Program-made: the position numbers and the translations under genes
Assembly: GCA_913051775.1 (NCBI GenBank)
Contig: CAJXCL010000002.1
Span: 18,307 to 82,306, forward strand
Reading direction: 5' to 3'
DNA from: an uncultured Nitrospirota bacterium
GTDB lineage: Bacteria > Nitrospinota > Nitrospinia > CAJXCL01
DNA length: 64,000 nucleotides
Notes under the pieces: model-generated
Databases searched by the model: none
The model's input: only the letters and a program-made list of their open reading frames with translations
Told to the model about the DNA's origin: nothing
Shown here: positions 10,313 to 21,801 of the stretch, one piece after another
Numbering within the stretch: position 1 is the first letter of the stretch
Layout of the letters: each line of letters opens with the position of its first letter

Positions 10313-10801
10313 ATGGAGTCTTTAGATTTTAGACTGATTATAGTCCAGGGCATCGGATTTGTACTACTGTATTTCCTATTGAAGAAGTTTTTATTTGGCC
10401 GAATTATCGATTTAATTAAGGCCAGAGAAAATGAAATCAGGGATACTTATGCTAAAAGCGACCAGGACAGGGATGAGGCTTCTAAATTAAAGTCCGATTA
10501 TGAAGCCAGAATCGCTCAGGCAGAAGAAGAAGCGCATAAAAAAATACAGGAAGCTGTGCTGGAAGCAAAAAAGATAAGCGATAATATTGTTAAAAATACG
10601 AAAGAGGAAACGGAAAAAATTAAAGAAAAAGCCAAGAGGGACATAGATCAGGAAAAAAAGAACGCCTTGGTTGAAATTAGAAAAGAAGTGGTTAATTTGA
10701 GTATGATTGCTACGGAAAAATTAATCGAAAAATCGGTTGACAAAAAAACGGCGGAAAAGCTGATAGAGAGCGCTATCCAGGATATAGGAGAAGTCTCGTG
10801 A
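10313..10801 (+). CDS. atpF: ATP synthase F0 subunit b
   Basis: N-terminal transmembrane helix followed by a long Ala/Glu/Lys coiled coil; operon position. Confidence 0.95.
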   Translation: MESLDFRLIIVQGIGFVLLYFLLKKFLFGRIIDLIKARENEIRDTYAKSDQDRDEASKLKSDYEARIAQAEEEAHKKIQEAVLEAKKISDNIVKNTKEETEKIKEKAKRDIDQEKKNALVEIRKEVVNLSMIATEKLIEKSVDKKTAEKLIESAIQDIGEVS

Positions 10802-11346
10802 TCGAAAGGATAGCCGTTGGCAGATACGCTCAGGTATTGCTGGAAGAAGCTGCTGCATTAAATAAAGTAGATGAATTTGAAGAAGAACTCAAGTGGCTGG
10901 ATTCTTTATTGATAACAAACCCGAAACTGTTTCTTGTTTTAAAAAATCCTTTAGTTCAGCCTAAAAAGAAAAAAGAGTTAGTAGATAAAGTTTTTTCCAA
11001 AAATATCAACCTAAAACTAAAAAACTTTTTGTATCTTCTGATTGATAAACGCCGTGTGGAAATTTTGGAAGGAGTCCTAAAAGAATATCAGTTAAGGGCT
11101 GATACATACAGGGGAGTGGTAAAAGCCGAAGTGCAGTCTGCTATTACACTTTCCGAACAAAAAGTTGAAGAAATCAAAAAAGCACTTGAGAGCAAAATAA
11201 AAAAAACCATAAAAATTGAAGCGAAAGTTTTTCCAAAAATTATTGGAGGCTTAATCATTTATATTGGCTCCTCAATTATCGATAGGAGTATCATGGGACG
11301 ATTAAAAGTAATGCGGGAAAAACTGTTGGCAATGGAAGGGATGTGA
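10798..11346 (+). CDS. atpH: ATP synthase F1 subunit delta
   Basis: RYAQ, KNFLYLLIDKRR, IIGGLII..IDRS; operon position. Confidence 0.95.
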   Translation: MIERIAVGRYAQVLLEEAAALNKVDEFEEELKWLDSLLITNPKLFLVLKNPLVQPKKKKELVDKVFSKNINLKLKNFLYLLIDKRRVEILEGVLKEYQLRADTYRGVVKAEVQSAITLSEQKVEEIKKALESKIKKTIKIEAKVFPKIIGGLIIYIGSSIIDRSIMGRLKVMREKLLAMEGM

Positions 11347-11494
11347 AAGTTTACAGTAATCAGAGCTCAGTTGTCAGATTATTTGTACCATTTAGGTAGG
11401 TTTTATGTTGAACTCGAATCTAATGACAGGCTGACAGCCGATCCCTGACATCTGTAAACTTTTTATTATTAAATTTATTACAAGGAGGTCTGTT

Positions 11495-13009
11495 TTGGCA
11501 TTAAGGGCGGAAGAAATTACCTCGATTATAAAAAAAGAACTGAGTGGTTACGAAGAAAAACTCAAAATGGAAAGTGTGGGAACCGTTTTACAGGTTGGTG
11601 ACGGTATCGCGCGCGTTTATGGGTTAGATGACTGCATGTACATGGAGTTATTGGAATTTCCTAATAGCATTTTTGGAGTAGCTCTGAACCTTGAACGGGA
11701 CAATGTCGGCGTCATAATCATGGGTCCGGACACAGGAATTAAAGAAGGAGACATTGTTAAAACAACCGGCAAGATTATTCAGGTTCCTGTGGGCGATGCC
11801 ATGTTGGGAAGAGTTGTGAATGCTCTCGGTCAACCCATTGATGGAAAAGGAGAGATTGCTACAGAAAAATTCTTTCCATTAGAAGGAAGAGCGCCTAATG
11901 TTGTGCAAAGACAGCCTGTTAAAGAACCTATTCAGACAGGAATAAAAGCCATAGATGCCATGATCCCGATAGGGAGGGGTCAGAGAGAACTAATTATCGG
12001 GGACCGCCAGACCGGAAAGACCGCGATATGTATTGATACAATCATCAATCAAAAAAATACAGATGTTTATTGCATCTACGTGGCTATAGGACAAAAACAA
12101 TCCACTGTAGTCGGAGTTCAGGAGACTCTTGAGAAATACGGGGGCATGGATTACACCACGATCGTTGCGGCTAACGCGTCAGATCCCGCACCCATGCAGT
12201 ATATAGCACCTTACGCGGGCTGTGCGATGGGAGAATACTTCAGGGATAATAAAAAGCATTGCCTGATAATTTACGATGATCTATATAAACATGCTGTAGC
12301 TTATAGGCAGGTATCTTTACTGCTTAGAAGACCGCCGGGCCGTGAGGCGTTTCCCGGCGATATTTTTAACCTTCACTCTAGACTTTTGGAAAGAGCGGCA
12401 AAATTAAACGATGAACTCGGAGGTGGTTCTTTAACCGCGCTCCCTATTGTTGAAACTCAGGCAGGTGACTATGCCGCATACATTCCTACTAACGTGATAT
12501 CTATTACCGATGGACAGATTTATCTGCAGGGCGATCTTTTCTATGCCGGCGTCAGACCCGCAATTAACGTTGGCCTTTCCGTGTCCAGGGTTGGGGGAAA
12601 CGCCCAGATACCTGCCATGAAAAAAGTCGCTGGAACACTGCGGCTTGATCTCGCACAGTACAGGGAATTGGCCGCGTTTGCCCAGTTTGGCTCGGATCTC
12701 GATAAAGCGACAAAGTCCCAATTAGATAGAGGAATCAGAATGGTGGAAATCCTGAAACAGGGCCAGTTCATTCCGCTGGACGTAATAAGCCAGGTAATGA
12801 TTATCTCAATTGCCGGTTTTGGGTATCTTGATGATGTGCCGGTTAATGAAATGCAACCTTTTGAAAAAGGTTTCTATAAATACGCGGACAAAAATTTTCC
12901 ACATCTGAGAGAAAAATTAGCCGCGGAGAAGAAATTGTCCGATGACATTGTAGACTTGCTAAAAAAAGCAGCTGAAGGATACAAAGCAGAGTATAAAAAA
13001 GGAGCTTAA
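11495..13009 (+). CDS. atpA: ATP synthase F1 subunit alpha
   Basis: [38 protein letters not shown]; TTG start with AAGGAGG. Confidence 0.99.
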   Translation: MALRAEEITSIIKKELSGYEEKLKMESVGTVLQVGDGIARVYGLDDCMYMELLEFPNSIFGVALNLERDNVGVIIMGPDTGIKEGDIVKTTGKIIQVPVGDAMLGRVVNALGQPIDGKGEIATEKFFPLEGRAPNVVQRQPVKEPIQTGIKAIDAMIPIGRGQRELIIGDRQTGKTAICIDTIINQKNTDVYCIYVAIGQKQSTVVGVQETLEKYGGMDYTTIVAANASDPAPMQYIAPYAGCAMGEYFRDNKKHCLIIYDDLYKHAVAYRQVSLLLRRPPGREAFPGDIFNLHSRLLERAAKLNDELGGGSLTALPIVETQAGDYAAYIPTNVISITDGQIYLQGDLFYAGVRPAINVGLSVSRVGGNAQIPAMKKVAGTLRLDLAQYRELAAFAQFGSDLDKATKSQLDRGIRMVEILKQGQFIPLDVISQVMIISIAGFGYLDDVPVNEMQPFEKGFYKYADKNFPHLREKLAAEKKLSDDIVDLLKKAAEGYKAEYKKGA

Positions 13010-13020
13010 CTGCTATTTAA

Positions 13021-13128
13021 AACTCGAAATCCGAAATAAACTCAAATAATAAAACTTAATTCTCTCTGTTGTTTATGAAATTTAATGTTTGAATTTTGGA
13101 TTTGTTTCGGTTTTTGCTATTCGGATTT
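13021..13128. repeat. Degenerate heptamer-repeat inverted element
   Basis: Left arm CTCGAAATCCGAAATAAACTCAAAT; right arm TTTGAATTTTGGATTTGTTTCGG..TTCGGATTT; same style as 62427-62645. Confidence 0.55.
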
Positions 13129-13147
13129 AAACCTTTAAAGTATTTTT

Positions 13148-14005
13148 ATGGCCTCAGCAAAAGATATAAAAAAAAGAATAAAGGGCATCAAAAACATCCA
13201 GCAAATCACCAGGGCTATGGAAATGGTTGCCGGAGCAAAGCTCAGACGCGCTCAAGTGCTGGCGGAAAGCGCGAAACCCTACGCTGAAAAAATACAGTCC
13301 CTTATGCAAAACCTTGGTTCATCCGTTTCCGCCTTTGAACATCCCCTTCTGACAAAAAGAGCGGAAAACAATGTCGCCCTGATTTTAGTTACATCAGATA
13401 GAGGTCTTTGCGGAGCTTATAACACAAACCTGTTCAAAAAAGTTCAAGCATACTTCAGAGAAAATCAAGACAAAAAAATCTCCCTCTTTTGTATTGGCAA
13501 AAAAGGAAATGATTTTTTTAAGCATAGAAATTACGATATTCGATATTATTCTCCCTCGGACAATAAAATTATGACCCTGGATAAAGTGAATGAACTGGTG
13601 GATAAAATGATAAACGAATACACCAACACTTTTTTCGACAAAGTTCTGATAGTATTTTCAAAGTTTGTTTCAGTGATGAATCAAATTCCAACGGAAAGAC
13701 CGCTTCTGCCGGTAGAAAAAATTGAAGAAAAGGAAGACCGGCGGGTGGATTATATTTTTGAACCCGGGGCTCAAAGTTTACTTGAAAAACTGTTTCCAAA
13801 ATACTTGGAGAATCAGCTTTATAACGCAATTGTGGAGTCTTATGCGTCGGAATTAGCAGCACGTCTTGTGTCCATGAAAAACGCTACCAAGAGTGCGGGA
13901 GAAATGATAGATTCTCTGACACTAACTTATAATAAGGCAAGACAGGCTGGAATCACAAAAGAGATTTTAGAAATTATCTCCGGGGCAGAAGCCCTGAAAG
14001 GATAA
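13148..14005 (+). CDS. atpG: ATP synthase F1 subunit gamma
   Basis: QITRAMEMVA, TSDRGLCGAYN, SELAARLVSMKNAT, YNKARQAGITKEILEI. Confidence 0.99.
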   Translation: MASAKDIKKRIKGIKNIQQITRAMEMVAGAKLRRAQVLAESAKPYAEKIQSLMQNLGSSVSAFEHPLLTKRAENNVALILVTSDRGLCGAYNTNLFKKVQAYFRENQDKKISLFCIGKKGNDFFKHRNYDIRYYSPSDNKIMTLDKVNELVDKMINEYTNTFFDKVLIVFSKFVSVMNQIPTERPLLPVEKIEEKEDRRVDYIFEPGAQSLLEKLFPKYLENQLYNAIVESYASELAARLVSMKNATKSAGEMIDSLTLTYNKARQAGITKEILEIISGAEALKG

Positions 14006-14015
14006 AAGTTCATTA

Positions 14016-14062
14016 CCCCCCATTATTATTCCTCCCTAACAAGGGGGATTAAGGGGGCGTTA
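14016..14062. repeat. C-run/G-run hairpin repeat
   Basis: CCCCC..TTCCTCCCTAACAAGGGGGATTAAGGGGGCGTTA; related copies near 2811, 15510, 23682, 30352 and 36040. Confidence 0.7.
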
Positions 14063-14086
14063 AAATCTGCGTTCTATTTAATTTAA

Positions 14087-15830
<1,744 letters not shown>

Positions 15831-15890
15831 AGAAATAGAAACGCGAGCCTCCCTATCATAAATAAAAAAGCAATAGAGGAGTTTTTTTAA

Positions 15891-16364
15891 ATGAACTTTG
15901 TTTTTACCTCAATAATAATGTTTGTTTTCTGGATACTCCTGTCAGGTGAGTTCCATTTTTTACTCATGCTCTCAGGTATTGTATTTAGCCTCTTTGTTGC
16001 GTACATATCTCATGACCTTTTGATCGGAAGCGATAATATTAGACTTTTCTCTACAAGGATGCTCAGATTCTGCAGATACGTGCCGTGGCTTGTCTGGCAG
16101 ATTTTGCTGGCTAATCTCGACTTGGTCTATCGCACCCTGCACCCGAAAATGCCGATAGACCCACAGGTTATCAGATTTGATACAGCTCTTAGGTCAGATA
16201 TAGGGATAACAGTTCTTGCCAACTCAATAACACTCACACCCGGTACAGTCACTATAGTGGCAAACCAGGATGGTGAATTCATTGTCCATGCCATAGCAAG
16301 GAAGCCTGCTAAAGATCTTCTGGCAGGCGAGATGCAGGCAAAGGTAAAGAGAGTAGAGGGATAA
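15891..16364 (+). CDS. mrpE: Mrp/Mnh cation:H+ antiporter subunit E
   Basis: FWILLSG, LANSITLTPGTVT. Confidence 0.93.
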   Translation: MNFVFTSIIMFVFWILLSGEFHFLLMLSGIVFSLFVAYISHDLLIGSDNIRLFSTRMLRFCRYVPWLVWQILLANLDLVYRTLHPKMPIDPQVIRFDTALRSDIGITVLANSITLTPGTVTIVANQDGEFIVHAIARKPAKDLLAGEMQAKVKRVEG

Positions 16365-16367
16365 TCA

Positions 16368-16622
16368 ATGTTTGATGCAGTTGCAACTATTATTGTATTT
16401 GCAGCAATTTTAGTCCTGTACAGGGTTATTAAAGGACCCACGATTTATGACAGAGTGCTCGCTGCAAATGCGATAGGAACAAAAACTGTGGTGCTCATAG
16501 CACTTATAGGATTTATCTATGAGCGCCCACATTTTCTTGATATTGCATTGGTATATGCGCTTATAAACTTTATAGCAACTATAGCTATTCTTAAATATCA
16601 AGAAATGGGGAGACTGGACTGA
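16368..16622 (+). CDS. mrpF: Mrp/Mnh antiporter subunit F
   Basis: RVIKGPTIYDRVLA, LDIALVYALINF. Confidence 0.93.
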   Translation: MFDAVATIIVFAAILVLYRVIKGPTIYDRVLAANAIGTKTVVLIALIGFIYERPHFLDIALVYALINFIATIAILKYQEMGRLD

Positions 16623-16936
16623 TGGTAGTCACAACGATTATATCATACCTCTTTTTGGCAGTCGGTTGCTTTTTGATTGTGGTTGCATCAATTGGGATAA
16701 TCCGGTTCCCTGATGTTTATTCCAGAATACATCCTGCGGGCAAGTCTGACACCCTCGGACAGGCAATGATATTTATAGGATTGATGATTTATGAAGGGCT
16801 TTCTTTTGTAAGCATTAAGCTCTTAATAATTGTCATATTTATATTTATTACTAATCCGACAGCGACCCATGCTCTCGTAAATGCAGCACATGCGGCGGGT
16901 CTAAAGCCATGGGAAAAAGGTGATGACAGAAATTGA
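16622..16936 (+). CDS. mrpG: Mrp/Mnh antiporter subunit G
   Basis: GIIRFPDVYSRIH..K..TLG, TNPTATHA. Confidence 0.93.
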   Translation: MVVTTIISYLFLAVGCFLIVVASIGIIRFPDVYSRIHPAGKSDTLGQAMIFIGLMIYEGLSFVSIKLLIIVIFIFITNPTATHALVNAAHAAGLKPWEKGDDRN

Positions 16937-17058
16937 TCATTCGCCAATACCATATAGTTTCTAATGAGTAAATTTGAATTTGTTGAACTAAATTGTTTGT
17001 TAAGATTATTGTCACTAAAAGATGACTAATTTTAGTGGAAAAATGAAAAAGGAATGAA

Positions 17059-18090
17059 TTGATGATTGATTTGATGCTTCTTTTATTTCTTGTTGTGTGT
17101 GCTATTGCCGCAGTTTCCATGAAGGACTTGCTGAGTACAACCATTATCCTTGGAGTATATAGCTTAATAATGACTGTAGTATGGACAAGGCTGAATGCAG
17201 TAGATGTTGCCTTTACAGAGGCGTCTGTTGGGGCCGGTATTACAACAGTGTTAATAATAGCAGCATTGAGCAGAACAAAAAGGGAGGAAGAAGGTCAGGA
17301 ATATGGGATGTGGAGCAAGCTGTTGAATCCTCAAGACTTAAAGTTGACTGATAAACAGTCGCCACTTTTATGGTTGACATCCTTATTTATTGTACTAATA
17401 ACCGGAGCTGTATTGATATATGGCACCATTGATATGCCTGATTTTGGAGACCCAGATGCACCGGCGAATATTCATTTGGCTAAAAGGTTTATAGAAGAAT
17501 CCTATGAAGAAACAGGTGTACCTAATTTTGTTACCGCGATTCTTGCAAGCTATAGAGGATATGATACCCTCGGAGAGACTACTGTCATATTTACAGCAGG
17601 GATATCTTTGATATTGCTGTTAAGGAGAAAGAGCTATATCTGTGATACTACTATCAAAGAGAAAGAAATGAAGGAGCACATAGTTATAAGAACTATCTCC
17701 AGAATCCTGATCCCATTTGTGCAGCTTTATGCACTTTATGTTATTGCTCATGGTGAACTTAGCCCGGGCGGTGGGTTTCAAGGCGGAGTAATTTTTGGCT
17801 CAAGCATAATTCTTTATGTAATAGCCTTCGGTCTAGAGGAAGGAAGGAAGGTAAGAATTTTTCGAGAGATGGGCGACCTTTTAAATTCAACAGGCGTTTT
17901 AATATATGCAGGCATTGGGGTTCTCTGTTTATTGGCAGGGGGTGCATATCTCGAATACGATAAGCTCCCTCTGGGGTCAGAAAAAATGGCAAGTTCTTTA
18001 GGAATTTATGGCATTGAAATAGGTGTAGGGATTACAGTTGCTGCTGTAATGATAACCATATTCTTTATAACAGCAAGGCATGAAAGATGA
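17059..18090 (+). CDS. mrpB: Fusion of DUF4040, MbhE-like and MnhB domains (Mrp subunit B-type)
   Basis: DVAFTEASVGAG (DUF4040), NFVTAILASYRGYDTLGE, HGELSPGGGFQGG (MnhB); internal in-frame ATG at 17668. Confidence 0.88.
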   Translation: MMIDLMLLLFLVVCAIAAVSMKDLLSTTIILGVYSLIMTVVWTRLNAVDVAFTEASVGAGITTVLIIAALSRTKREEEGQEYGMWSKLLNPQDLKLTDKQSPLLWLTSLFIVLITGAVLIYGTIDMPDFGDPDAPANIHLAKRFIEESYEETGVPNFVTAILASYRGYDTLGETTVIFTAGISLILLLRRKSYICDTTIKEKEMKEHIVIRTISRILIPFVQLYALYVIAHGELSPGGGFQGGVIFGSSIILYVIAFGLEEGRKVRIFREMGDLLNSTGVLIYAGIGVLCLLAGGAYLEYDKLPLGSEKMASSLGIYGIEIGVGITVAAVMITIFFITARHER

Positions 18091-18515
18091 TTGAGCTCAT
18101 TTTAGGAAAATATAACTACTGGGTTTATATAACGCTTATGATGATAGGATTTTATGCAATGATTGAAAAAGAAAACCTGATTAAAAAAATCATTGGCATG
18201 AATATCTTTCAAACGGCAGTGTTTCTTTTTTACATATCTATTGCTAAGGTAAAAGGAGGAACTGCACCTATACTATGGGAAAAAGAAGGAATCCCGTACG
18301 ATAACCCCATTCCACATGTACTGATCCTTACCGCTATTGTTGTATCTGTGAGCACAACAGCAGTTGCCCTTGCCCTGATAATAAGGATATTTAAGGAATA
18401 CGGCACTATTGAAGAAGATAAAATCCTAATTATGAGTGAAGTGAGCGGCAAACAGGATTCGACAGAAAATTCCAAATTTTTATCTTCCACCTCCTTGCTT
18501 CAGAAGGGAGAATGA
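18087..18515 (+). CDS. mrpC: Mrp/Mnh antiporter subunit C
   Basis: NLIKKIIG, NPIPHVLILTAIVV. Confidence 0.93.
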   Translation: MIELILGKYNYWVYITLMMIGFYAMIEKENLIKKIIGMNIFQTAVFLFYISIAKVKGGTAPILWEKEGIPYDNPIPHVLILTAIVVSVSTTAVALALIIRIFKEYGTIEEDKILIMSEVSGKQDSTENSKFLSSTSLLQKGE

Positions 18516-20047
18516 CTTTGACAGAAAGCCTTCCAATCCTGGTCATCATTATACCTTTAATATCAGCAATTATAATTCCTCTCATCGGAAGGATTGATAA
18601 GTCAATTGCCTTTGCTTTCGTCATATCTGCAAATTTTTTGTCCTTTATCATCTCAATTTCTCTTTTAAATACTGTCATGGAAACCGGCAGAATCAGTTAT
18701 TGGCTTGGCGGCTGGGAGCCTCCATGGGGTATAGAGTATGTGGTTGATTATCTAAGTGGCTTTGTACTCGTCATTGTTTCATTCATTGCTTTTATTATAT
18801 CAGTATACGCAAAAAAGAGTGTTGAGATGGAGGTTGAAGGGGAAAAAATACTCCCCTTTTACTCAATATACATGTTACTAGTTACAGGGTTTATGGGGAT
18901 GATCATAACCGGAGATATATTTAATCTTTATGTGTTTATTGAAATATCAGCTCTTGCTGGTTATGCCCTGATTGCCATAGGGAAAAAGAGAGCTGCTCTT
19001 ATAGCTAGTTATAACTATCTTGTGTTAGGCACAATAGGAGCCACATTTATCCTCCTTGGTATCGGCTACCTTTACATGGCTACCGGCACTTTGAATATGG
19101 CAGATTTGAGAGAGCGGCTGCCTATGCTTTATGACTCAAAGGTTGTGCTAACTGCCTTTGCATTTATAACGGTTGGGCTGAGCCTGAAACTCGCCCTTTT
19201 CCCGTTTCATATTTGGTTACCAAACGTATACAATCATGCTCCATCGGTTGTGTCCGCTTTAATGGCAGCAACTTCCGCAAAGGTTATTGCTTATGTTCTT
19301 GTGCGGATAATGTTTTCTGTATTTACGATGAAGTTTGATCTGGAGGTTGTGCCTGTTACAAAGATACTCCTCTTCCTTTCCGTCATTGCAATTATTGCCG
19401 GCTCTGTTCTTGCTATTGCCCAGACTAATATAAAACGGATGCTGGCATACTCCAGTATTGGGCAGATCGGATACATCGTCCTTGGCATTGCCATTTCAAA
19501 TCAACTATCCATGACCGGAAGCCTTATCCATTTACTAAACCACGCCCTGATGAAAGGAACCTTATTTCTTGTAGTCGGTGCTGTTGTTTACAAAACAGGC
19601 ATGGAAGATATATCGAGTCTCAAAGGTATGGGTAAAAAGATGCCTTTTACTATGGCTGCCTTTACAATTGGAGCGCTTTCGATGATCGGTGTTCCCCTTA
19701 CCGTTGGTTTTGTTAGCAAGTGGTATCTTGCCCTTGGCGCCCTGAAGGCCGGTATGTGGTTCTTGGTTTTCATAATCCTTGTAAGCTCTCTCCTTAATGC
19801 GGTGTATTTCTGGAGGGTTATTGAGGGGATATACTTTCATCAGAAGCCAAAAGTCAGAAGTCAGAAGTCAACAACTAAGGATTCAATCGAAAGCCTGAAA
19901 CCCGAAATCCAAAATCAAGACGATGCTCCTGTGGGTATGCTTATCCCGACGCTTATCCTTGCCGGTCTCTGTATAGTTTTTGGTATTGCTGCTTTTATAC
20001 CTGTATCTGTGGTAACACCAATTGTAAACATGCTTCTGGAGGTGTGA
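18512..20047 (+). CDS. mrpD: Mrp antiporter subunit D family protein 1
   Basis: GGWEPPWGIE, TGDIFNLYVFIEI, LKLALFPFHIWLP, KRMLAYSS, NHALMKGTLF, GFVSKW. Confidence 0.93.
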   Translation: MTLTESLPILVIIIPLISAIIIPLIGRIDKSIAFAFVISANFLSFIISISLLNTVMETGRISYWLGGWEPPWGIEYVVDYLSGFVLVIVSFIAFIISVYAKKSVEMEVEGEKILPFYSIYMLLVTGFMGMIITGDIFNLYVFIEISALAGYALIAIGKKRAALIASYNYLVLGTIGATFILLGIGYLYMATGTLNMADLRERLPMLYDSKVVLTAFAFITVGLSLKLALFPFHIWLPNVYNHAPSVVSALMAATSAKVIAYVLVRIMFSVFTMKFDLEVVPVTKILLFLSVIAIIAGSVLAIAQTNIKRMLAYSSIGQIGYIVLGIAISNQLSMTGSLIHLLNHALMKGTLFLVVGAVVYKTGMEDISSLKGMGKKMPFTMAAFTIGALSMIGVPLTVGFVSKWYLALGALKAGMWFLVFIILVSSLLNAVYFWRVIEGIYFHQKPKVRSQKSTTKDSIESLKPEIQNQDDAPVGMLIPTLILAGLCIVFGIAAFIPVSVVTPIVNMLLEV

Positions 20048-20051
20048 ATTA

Positions 20052-21554
20052 GTGGAAATAATACAATCAGCACAGCCGCTTTATACCGTAGCCGTTTCTC
20101 TTTTAGCGATTATTCTTATCGGCTTGTCTGGTAATAAAGACCCTAACTTGAGAGAATCTTGGACAATCTTGGCAGCAATAATAAAGTTCTTTATGGTTGT
20201 TTCTATGATTCCACAAATCCTTGATAGTAAAGTAATTGAATATTCTCTCATCACGCTCCTACCGGGACTTGAAATAAAATTCAGAGTCGATGCCCTTGCC
20301 CTTACCTTTGCCACCACCGCTTCTTTTCTTTGGATTATCACATCGTTTTATTCTATTGGATATATGAGGACATTAAAGGAACATGCGCAGACTAGATATT
20401 TTATGTGCTTTGCCGGAGCAATGGCAGGAGCCATTGGCGTAGCCTTTTCTGCAAACCTGTTTACCCTTTTTCTCTTTTACGAAACTATCACCTTTTGCAC
20501 ATTCCCTCTTGTTGCCCATAGTGAAAAACCCGATGCCATAAAAGGTGCCAGAAAATATATTGTTTATCTACTGGGCACATCTTTAGCTTTTCAGTTATTT
20601 GCCATATTTCTTACATATAATGTTGCGGGAACTCTCGAATTTTCTAATCAGGGTATTCTGGCTGGAAAAGCTTCCAATGCACTGTTGACTGTAATATTTA
20701 TACTTTTCATTGCCGGGGTCGGAAAAGCCGCTATGATGCCACTTCACGCTTGGCTTCCTGCTGCCATGGTTGCTCCTGGGCCTGTAAGCGCCCTCTTACA
20801 TGCAGTGGCAGTAGTGAAGGTAGGAGTCTTTACAGTCGTAAAGGTGATACTTCATGTATTCGGAATTGACCTGCTCTCTCAACTTGGTCTCGGCACGTGC
20901 CTTGCTTATTTTGCTTCTTTTACTATAATAGTTGCATCCGTTATAGCGTTAAGACAGGATAATTTAAAAGCATGTCTTGCATATTCAACTATTAGCCAGC
21001 TATCTTATATCGTACTTGGTGTTGCACTCCTTGCTCCGTCCGGAATTACAGGGAGCATCTTGCACATAACAATGCATGCATTTGCAAAGATAACCCTGTT
21101 TTTTACAGCAGGAACAATTTATTTAGTTACTCATAAGACAAGGATAAGCGAGCTTGCCGGAATAGGAAAACAGATGCCATTTACAATGTCGGCCTTTGCA
21201 GTGGCCTCACTTTCTATGATAGGTATCCCCCCTCTCGGTGGTTTTTTGAGCAAGTGGTTTTTAGCTATTGGATCTATAGAGGCGAAGCAAATACCAATTA
21301 TTATTGTGTTGGCGACAAGCTCAATTCTTAATGCATCTTATTTTCTGCCAATAGTACATGCAGCATTCTTTAAAGAACCTCATTATGCTAAGCACCAGTC
21401 CCCTAAGCCAAAACAAAACATGCTTGAGGCCCCTGCCCTTGTGCTGATACCGCTTATGATTACTGCTATAGGGACGTTGGTATTGTTTCTATGGCCGTCG
21501 TTGTTTCTTGACCTTGCAAGGATCGTTGTTGCAGGTGTTACAGGAGAGAATTAA
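20052..21554 (+). CDS. Mrp antiporter subunit D family protein 2 (MrpA/NuoL-like core)
   Basis: FLFYE, KAAMMPLHAWLPAAMVAP.PVSALLHAVAVVK, LAYSTISQLSY, HAFAKITLF. Confidence 0.9.
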   Translation: MEIIQSAQPLYTVAVSLLAIILIGLSGNKDPNLRESWTILAAIIKFFMVVSMIPQILDSKVIEYSLITLLPGLEIKFRVDALALTFATTASFLWIITSFYSIGYMRTLKEHAQTRYFMCFAGAMAGAIGVAFSANLFTLFLFYETITFCTFPLVAHSEKPDAIKGARKYIVYLLGTSLAFQLFAIFLTYNVAGTLEFSNQGILAGKASNALLTVIFILFIAGVGKAAMMPLHAWLPAAMVAPGPVSALLHAVAVVKVGVFTVVKVILHVFGIDLLSQLGLGTCLAYFASFTIIVASVIALRQDNLKACLAYSTISQLSYIVLGVALLAPSGITGSILHITMHAFAKITLFFTAGTIYLVTHKTRISELAGIGKQMPFTMSAFAVASLSMIGIPPLGGFLSKWFLAIGSIEAKQIPIIIVLATSSILNASYFLPIVHAAFFKEPHYAKHQSPKPKQNMLEAPALVLIPLMITAIGTLVLFLWPSLFLDLARIVVAGVTGEN

Positions 21555-21558
21555 AAAG

Positions 21559-21801
21559 ATGAAAAAAGAGATAGAGTTCTTTGATAAACCCAAAAACATA
21601 AAAATAATGCGCAGGGTATTCCACCTATCTCTTGTCGTGCTTATTGCCTTAGATTTTTTTATCTCAAAACACCCCCAATTCTCCATGGAAGGAATCCCGG
21701 GATTCTATGCCACGTACGGGTTTATTGCATGTGCTTTGATCATTGCCGTATCAAAGGCCCTGGGACTTTGGCTTAAAAAGAAAGAGGATTATTATGACTA
21801 A
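21559..21801 (+). CDS. Small membrane protein of the Mrp cluster
   Basis: Two transmembrane helices, GFYATYGF..C, C-terminal KKEDYYD; overlaps the start of the next D gene. Confidence 0.78.
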   Translation: MKKEIEFFDKPKNIKIMRRVFHLSLVVLIALDFFISKHPQFSMEGIPGFYATYGFIACALIIAVSKALGLWLKKKEDYYD

